Shown in pieces: positions 38,751-47,488 of a DNA stretch of 47,488 nucleotides. The stretch is from Tubiluchus corallicola. Taxonomy: Eukaryota > Animalia > Priapulida. The stretch is from positions 1-47,488 of the forward strand of contig JAQGDQ010001320.1 of the NCBI GenBank assembly GCA_030141605.1, written 5' to 3'. The notes below the pieces were generated by a model. It was not told the DNA's origin, made no database searches, and worked only from the letters and a program-made list of their open reading frames with translations. The position numbers were made by a program, and so were the translations under genes. The first letter of the stretch is position 1. Every line of letters starts with the position of its first letter.

Positions 38751-39492
38751 ACGACATTGGCAATGAAAATTGTTTTTGGTAAAGACACTAATCCAATCTT
38801 TATTGATTACAAGTGAAAATGAACCTCTCGCACGTTACAACAATACCGCAATGACTAAATTGTTAATTCTTCTCTAATCTCAAATTCAATTCCGTATATA
38901 TACTAACAACGTGCTATTAATCTAGCGCCATTGTGTTCGCGACAAAAATTAAGCAAAAACGGAAGCATTTAGTAGAGTAATGCTCACAATTTCCCGCCAT
39001 TGAAAATTTGCATAATGAGAATAACAAAGTTAGCTGAATATATCAATAACATAATTTGATGCTCTCTCACGCGGGATTTGCTTGTTTCGTAAAAATGTAA
39101 TTAATCTATAGCAGACGACATGATTGTGGAGAATTCAATAGAAACGCTTCGGGCAGTTAGTTAGGAGGTACACGAAACCTCTAGGGATGGTTAGAGAAGC
39201 CGCAGATTCTGTGAAGCCAGAATTATTGTTCAATCAGGAGTTGAAAATGATCAGTATTAAACTGAGGAAGAAATTGAAAAAAGTATTCATAGATCTTATA
39301 AAAGTTCCGCAAAAAACTGCATTATTTTTGCAAATGATTATTAGAACTCAAAGCACAATCTTAGTCCTAGATTTCAAAATCAAATGTTTTGCTTTGCTGC
39401 TGCAATTGGACGCTTAATTATTCCACAATTAAACGCAAGGCTACGTAAAGTAGTTTCACACCATTATTGTTCAATTGTTCACGTTATAAGAC

Positions 39493-39648
39493 GTATAGGA
39501 AAACCTACAACACATTTAGAAAAACCTACAACACGTATAGAAAAACCTACAACACATATAGGAAAACCTACAACACATATAGAAAAACCTACAACACATA
39601 TAGGAAAACCTACAACACATATAGAAAAACCTACAACACGTATAGAAG
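39493..39648 (+). repeat. 21-bp minisatellite, about 7.4 copies
   Basis: RTATAGRAAAACCTACAACAC tandem. Confidence 0.95.
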
Positions 39649-41594
39649 AACATTGAATAATAAACTCACATATTAAAAAGTTGAAAAGCTGAAACAAAGA
39701 AAAGAAAACTGTCGTTTCACTACATACACATCTCTGGAACAATTTTTTATAAGAAACCATATAAAAATGATCATTTTGGCTTCTTTATTCTTTCGTAACT
39801 TGTCCTGGATGTTACTACAAAACGTAGGGAGAACTAGTAATTTGTCAATTAATTAAGTGAACACAACACAATTAATGAAAAAGAACTCTGAAATGCATGT
39901 TTTCCTTTGCGTGTTTAATTTTCTCATCACCACTATTCTTGCCTGTAAGAATTAAGTTTGCGTTAAAACTATACGAGTTTTCTTTTGGTACTGAACTGTG
40001 TTTTCATGTGTTAGCGACGTGTGCTTTTCGTACTGTTATAAAATACATTGTTGAGTATGCCTACATCTTTAATATGGGAAATCAACATAAATTACATAAC
40101 TATTTATTGTGATACTTATTCATCATCTTCATTTATTTTTTTTTTCACTTACGCTATTGTTGTTATGTTTGTTTTTATATTTTTGCTTTTGTTATTGCTT
40201 TATTTTGATTAGCTTATTTAAGTAATTAACAATAATTGCATCCTGTGTCATGTTCTATGTCTATATGTCTATCTGCAGCATTACCGTTAATTTTTAATAG
40301 ACTAATCTACTTATAAGAAAGGGCAGAAGACTAGATGACACTATGGCACTTCCCTGCCCTGCTCCATGATTATAATTACTTAACATTTAAAAAACTTTTG
40401 ATATTAAACTAATTGGAGAAAATAAAAAATGTTCTAAAAAATGTTCTACACGTGCACTTTGGTATTGTGAATGAATAAATCAATCAAGCCATGGGTCGAA
40501 CTACAGAATCCCTGATAAATAACTAACTGCAATCGCTAAAGCGTGCTAAATGCAGACGCATGTTTTCAATTTCAGTAAATGAAGTGACTTATTACTCAGA
40601 ATTAATCAATTTCATTCGCGAACACAGAATTGGTAAATGTACACTTACCGAAGAGTAGATATCAATATTCGTGAAGCTTTCAGTCACTTTGTTCCGATAT
40701 TCCTATAAACGCACAAATATTCTGTATGCTAAAGCCGGTAGATATAGTATTCTTCTGAAGTGAACTCAATTTTTTTAATTCAGTATTGATAGCAACAACA
40801 CACACACAGTAAGAAGTGTAACTTTTTTCAGATACCTTCACAGAAACAAGATCTTGTCTTCTGTTTTTAAAAATCTATGGTATGTGCTTTTCAACCAGCA
40901 AAAATTGAAAACTCCGTACAGTCAGCTGCGTGAACCCAGCAAATGTATTAAAATTTCTTATGTCTCACAAACAAAAGTGTTAACTTCAACGTTACGGTAA
41001 CCAATTCGACATTCACAAAACTCACATCCCTCGAAGTCAGTGCCTGTAAAACCTGAATAACTAACAAATGTTTCCGGTTATTAACACTGGGTAGAACTAA
41101 TAATTGCGATTGGAGTCAGACACTCTGCACAAGTCACAGGTGTTGCACGCACAATTCAACAGAAGTCATCGCTTCTGGCATTGCAGACAACTGAGACCAT
41201 TATTATACGCATTGCATTCTGTTGTGACTCGTCGCGCATATCAGAGACTTTGCGCAAACACTTGCGCGTGCTGCCATCGTGCGGCGAATAAGTAAAACAT
41301 CAGGTCGCAGTTACATAAATTCATGTTCACTGTGAAAATAAAGACATAGAGCGTTGACTTAAAGACTTTAGTAAAAAAACATGTAGCTTAGTGAGACTCT
41401 GTTAACTAGAATGTAATAGTAAATTTCTTCAATGTATAATTATGGCTAAATTAGTCAATTATGTATGCAGGTTACAATTAATGATTCTTTTTCTGTAATT
41501 TTATTTTGCACTTATGTTCAAGTTATGTACATTCCATTGTTGGATTATTGTTTCGATTATTGATGTTCATTGATTTGCAACATGTCGTATAGCA

Positions 41595-42797
41595 TGAAAA
41601 CTCAATAAATTATTAAACCGTCAATAACTACATTAGCATAAACTATAGATAAAAATTTGGCATACCAGAATTTCTAGTATTATAGGAATTCTGATAGATT
41701 TTGAATGTATAGCGAAGTTTGAAGACAAATATGGTATTGTGTCAATTAAAAAAACGTTTACAATCGATTTTTATTAGTTTGTTCATTTATGTCGGCAGAG
41801 TCACAATAAACCTCGAAAAATCCAGTTTGTCCACAACCGCTGCACAGGTTCTGCATTTTCTGGAAATCATTGTGCACTGGGTACGTTGCGCCATCTATTG
41901 CAAGGTAATGAAATTAAAATGTAAGAAACCAGAAGTGTTAGACTGTGTGCTATCTCATTTTTAATTACTCTATTGCAATTTTAATAATTTTCTTAACATT
42001 CTGAACAAAATAAAAGAAAATATTGAAATGCTTGAATGGAAATTTAGGGAGCAAACCCAGCTAATTAAAAATAAACGTTTTCTTCTACTAATAACGATTT
42101 ATGGGTTGAAAAAAGAGTATTGCTAGCGGTACATATATTAATTTATTCGTGTGAAATTGCTAATCTTGTTGGATTCACGTAATTTTAAATGTCGGCCGAA
42201 GTTAGATAATTAAGAATATTGCCAGTCGAATGTTCCAGAAGGTTTATTTACTCTTTTTTCTAGAACAGTCTATTAAGTTAGTACTAGACTTGTGCTAGCA
42301 CAGTCTATCTGTTATATGTCTACGTAACTATTTTACGCCGTCTTCAAGTCCCGGTTTATCTAAAAAATCTGGACTTTAAATATGACACGAAAAAACCACA
42401 ACTAACAGCAAAATTATTAAATTCATTGCAATTTATTATAACAGCGTCCCGGAGGATGACTTCAAGTTATCCAGGAATATCCGGGTTAAACTTAAAAAAT
42501 GTAACAAACAAATTTGGAAAACTGTCTATAAAATATAGTAATCATTTAATGGAGGAAGTGGACTGAGTGGTATTGATGGAGGAGGAATAGGGTTCATTGG
42601 GAGAGGAGGCGGACTGGATGGTATTAGTGGTGGTAATAGTTTCGGAGGAGGTGGTGGATTGAGGGTATTGGCAGAGGTGTGGACAGGGAAGCTATTGGAG
42701 GTGGTAATAAAGTGGGATTAGGAGGAATTGGTGGAGAAAGCCTAGGAGGGGGTGGTGGATTAGGTGGTATTGACGGAGGAAGAGGATTGGGAGAAAT
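41595..42797 (+). repeat. Segmental duplication block B, copy 1 (copy 2 at 46274-47488)
   Basis: TGAAAACTCAATAAATTATTAAAC... aligns continuously for about 1.2 kb, offset about 4679 bp, with scattered substitutions. Confidence 0.95.
42445..42797 (+). pseudogene. Frameshifted glycine-rich coding remnant (GGGLGGIG-type repeats), copy 1
   Basis: SFNGGSGLSGIDGGGIGFIGRGGGLDGISGGNSFGGGGGL / GIGRG...IGGGNKVGLGGIGGESLGGGGGLGGIDGGRGLG, with GGN codons varied at the third position; frameshift near 42661; possible acceptor TTATAACAG at 42444. Confidence 0.5.
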
Positions 42798-42840
42798 ACT
42801 GCCGCAAATAGAAATTTCATTCCAGGTGGCAGCTACCATT

Positions 42841-43298
42841 CATTTGAAACTTCACCAGTTTCATTATGATGTGACTGCTGAACTTCGTGACTTTTTGCAA
42901 GGGTTTTGTGGCTTTGTGTAACCATGGGCTGCTTAACCTATTTGAAACTTCACCAGTTTCATTATGATGTGACTGGTGAACTTCGTGAGTTTTTGCAAGG
43001 GCTTTGTGGCTTTGTGTAACCATGGGCTGCTTAACCTATTTGAAACTTCACCAGTTTCATTATGATGTGACTGGTGAACTTCGTGACTTTTTGCAAGGGC
43101 TTTGTGGCTTTGTGTAACCATGGACTGCTTAACCTATTTGAAACTTCACCAGTTTCTTGTGGCTTTGTGTAACCATGGACTGCTTAACCTATTTGAAACT
43201 TCACCAGTTTCATTATGATGTGACTGGTGAACTTCGTGACTTTTTGCAAGGGCTTTGTGGCTTTGTGTAACCATGGGCTGCTTAACGTATTTGAGACT
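42841..43298 (+). repeat. 98-bp tandem repeat, about 4.6 copies, one with internal deletion; unit carries a hairpin
   Basis: TTTGAAAC starts at 42843, 42941, 43039, 43137 and 43192; TTCACCAGT-N14-ACTGGTGAA inverted repeat. Confidence 0.95.
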
Positions 43299-43785
43299 TC
43301 TGCAGCTTACTTCATGTAAAAATATCACTAAATTAACCGTCTAATTTTTGTAAATACGTATTATGCTTTTATAGAGAATTGCTTTTCTTCAGCCGATAAA
43401 CTACGTCATTGGTGGAAAAATGGGCATTCAAAATGGAAGCACCAGAGTGTCTATGATCGTGACTTTAAAATGATTTTACTAATTACACGAGGTGCTTATT
43501 GCACTTTTATTACAAAATCCTTCTTTCCTTGAATGGTTTCTGTTAAAGAATTGATATCAAAGGCAGCGATTCAGATGCAATTAACATGAAGTCTGTAACT
43601 GGTCTGCAACACAACGAAAATTATCAGTAAAGAATTCGGCTGTTAACAGCAGATATGAAACGAAATGAATTTATATGAGTCTTGCGTTTAAAGGTAATTC
43701 GTTTCATAGAAGGAACTAGCACTTTTTTCCTTTTTACCTCTTTTTTGTGGTTTACCTAATTCGCTTCCTCACCCTTTGTTGGTGA

Positions 43786-45420
<1,635 letters not shown>

Positions 45421-46006
45421 TGTTGAAATAGCTTTTTGATTACAATGTTTAATTGCACTAGATTTTCTATTTCACAATCATCATATTTTGATTACTAGGG
45501 ATTTTTAACCTGCCTAGTGCATATTCTTTACTATACCAGACTCTTGGTCATTCTAGACTTGACTCACTAAATGTTACAGCTACATTAGTGAAATTGTTCT
45601 CTTAACAATTGAACCAATTTGAAAACAATCGCTAATGTAGTTCCATTTTCATTATTTTTATGAACTTTCTAAGTTTGAATAATAAACCAAACTTAAATGA
45701 AAGTTCTAGAGAATAAACAAACCATTGGTGATAGGGTAACTCTTTACAGTCAAATTTAACATAAAAGTAAGTTTTTTTCATTGGTTAATTAAGATTTTAC
45801 TATAGAAATTATCCTACTGTTTTTCATTGAGATATTTATTATTTATTCTCCGCTACTTTAACGCTTAATAGCTCGTAAGCCTTGCCAGCTAGGGTCACCA
45901 AACTCGCAGGGTTGGTAGCCCTGGGAGGACGTACAATCGTACAGCAACCTCTGACCACTGGTCAAGGGTGGAAAGACAGTGGGCGTTGATCAGTTTTTCC
46001 ATTCCT

Positions 46007-46272
46007 TGACTCGTATAAGACGTCTATTTCTTCTAGGACCTATAAATGCTTTGATTAATGACATCTATTTAGGATGGGGTTGTCCACTAGCCTAGCATGG
46101 AAGTAATTAGGCTAGTACTGTATGAGACTGTACTAAATAACCTGTGGTAAACTTATAATCAAAATTTACTGATTGTTACTGCAAGCCTCTGAAGTAATTG
46201 TTACTGAAAACCTTTGAAGCCACTATTACTGCAAGTCTGCAAGCTTCTGGTGCCATTGTTACAGCCGGCCTC
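46007..46272 (+). repeat. Segmental duplication block A, copy 2, carrying about one unit of the 109-bp satellite
   Basis: Matches 37128-37300, then GAAGCCACTATTACTGCAAGTCTGCAAGCTTCTG once, then joins directly to block B. Confidence 0.9.
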
Positions 46273-46273
46273 G

Positions 46274-47488
46274 TGAAAACTCAATAAATTATTAAACTGT
46301 CAATAACTACATTAGCATAAATTATAGATAAAAATTTGGCATACCAGAATTTCTAGTATTATAGGAATTCTGATAGATTTTGAAAGTATAGCGAAGTTTA
46401 AAGACAAATATGGTATTGTGTCGATTAAAAAAATGTTTACAATCGATTTTTATTTGTTTGTTCATTTATGTCGACAGAGTCACAATAAACCTGGAAATCT
46501 CCAGTTTGTCCACAGCCGTTAACTATGTTCTGCGTTTTCTTGCGCCATTGTACACTGGGGACGTTGCGCCATCTATTGCAAGGTAATGAAATTAAAATGT
46601 AAGAAACCAGAAGTGTGTAGACTGTGTGCTACCTCATTCTTAATTACCCTATTGCAATCTTAATAATTTTCATAGCATTCTGAACAAAATAAAAGAAAAT
46701 ATTGAAACGTTTGAATAGAACTTTAGGGAGTAAACCCGGCTAATTAAAAATAAGCGTTTTCTTCTACTAATAACGATTTATGGGTTGAAAAAAGAGTATT
46801 GCTAGCGGTACATATATTAATTTATTCGTGTGAAATTGCTAATCTTGTTGGATTCACGTAATTTGAAATGTCGGCCGAAGTTAGATAATTAAGAATATTG
46901 CCAGTCGAATGTTCCAGAAGGTTTATTGACTCTTTTTTCTAGAACAGTCTAATAGGTTAGTACTAGACTTGTGCTAGCACAGTCTATCTGTTATGTGGCT
47001 ACGTAACTATTTTATACCGTCTTCAAGTCACGGTTTATCTAAAAAATATGGACTTTAAATATGACACGAAAAAACCACAACTAACAGCAAAATTATTAAA
47101 TTCATTTCAATTTATTATAACAATGTCCCGTAGGATGACTTTGAGTTATCCAGGTATATCCGGGTTAAACTTAAAAAATGTAACAAACAAATTTGGAAAA
47201 CTGTCAAAAAAATATAGTAATCATTTAATGGAGGAAGTGGACTGAGTGGTATTGGTGGAGGAGGAATAGGGGTCATTGGGAGAGGAGGCGGACTGGATGG
47301 TATTAGTGGTGGTAATAGTTTCGGAAGAGGTGGTGGATTGAGGGTATTGGCAGAGGTGTGGACTGGAAGCTATTGGAGGTGGTAATAAAGTGGGATTAGG
47401 AGGAATCGGTGGAGAAAGCCTAGGAGGGTGTGGTGGATTAGGTGGTATTGGTGAGGGAGGCGGGTTAGGAGGCATTGGCAGAGGAGGA
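46274..47488 (+). repeat. Segmental duplication block B, copy 2 (runs off the window)
   Basis: Aligns to 41595-42797. Confidence 0.95.
47124..47488 (+). pseudogene. Glycine-rich coding remnant, copy 2 (continues beyond window)
   Basis: SFNGGSGLSGIGGGGIGVIGRGGGLDGISGG...GLGGIGEGGGLGGIGRGG with two frameshifts near 47341-47360. Confidence 0.5.

Noticed and set aside
40640-40760. Strong minus-strand donor TCG/GTAAGT suggesting a 5' UTR exon
   Set aside because: A single splice-like motif with no linked acceptor or ORF is insufficient
42624-42839. Pro-rich minus-strand ORFs (also 47221-47475)
   Set aside because: Antisense shadow of the Gly-rich plus-strand repeats

Overview
AT-rich, repeat-dense eukaryotic genomic DNA, most likely from a bilaterian invertebrate (inferred from an invertebrate-type 5S sequence, RTE/CR1/I-group LINE remnants, a Meta-type SINE and CTCF-like motifs). 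Almost every ORF in the supplied track is a microsatellite or transposon artefact. The one convincing protein gene is an uninterrupted 544-aa ORF (43786-45420, minus strand). It encodes an apparently secreted precursor with several furin-type sites, repeated CxxxCxxxC-loop-CxxxCxxxC modules and a microsatellite-encoded poly-Thr stalk. It sits inside a local segmental duplication (37128.. and 41595.. repeated at 46007.. and 46274..) next to a frameshifted Gly-rich coding remnant. Three partial copies of a 5S rRNA-headed SINE with an RTE-derived tail (6982-7420, 7693-7946, 25254-25663) allow a composite element to be reconstructed. The rest consists of 5'-truncated LINE 3' ends (one amplified into a tandem array), TTAA-targeting piggyBac/Kolobok-like MITEs, a foldback-like MITE, six or more minisatellites/satellites, many microsatellites and unique TAAT-rich islands that may be enhancers. 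No CRISPR array, tRNA gene or prokaryotic feature was seen. Everything was read by eye; family assignments need database confirmation.
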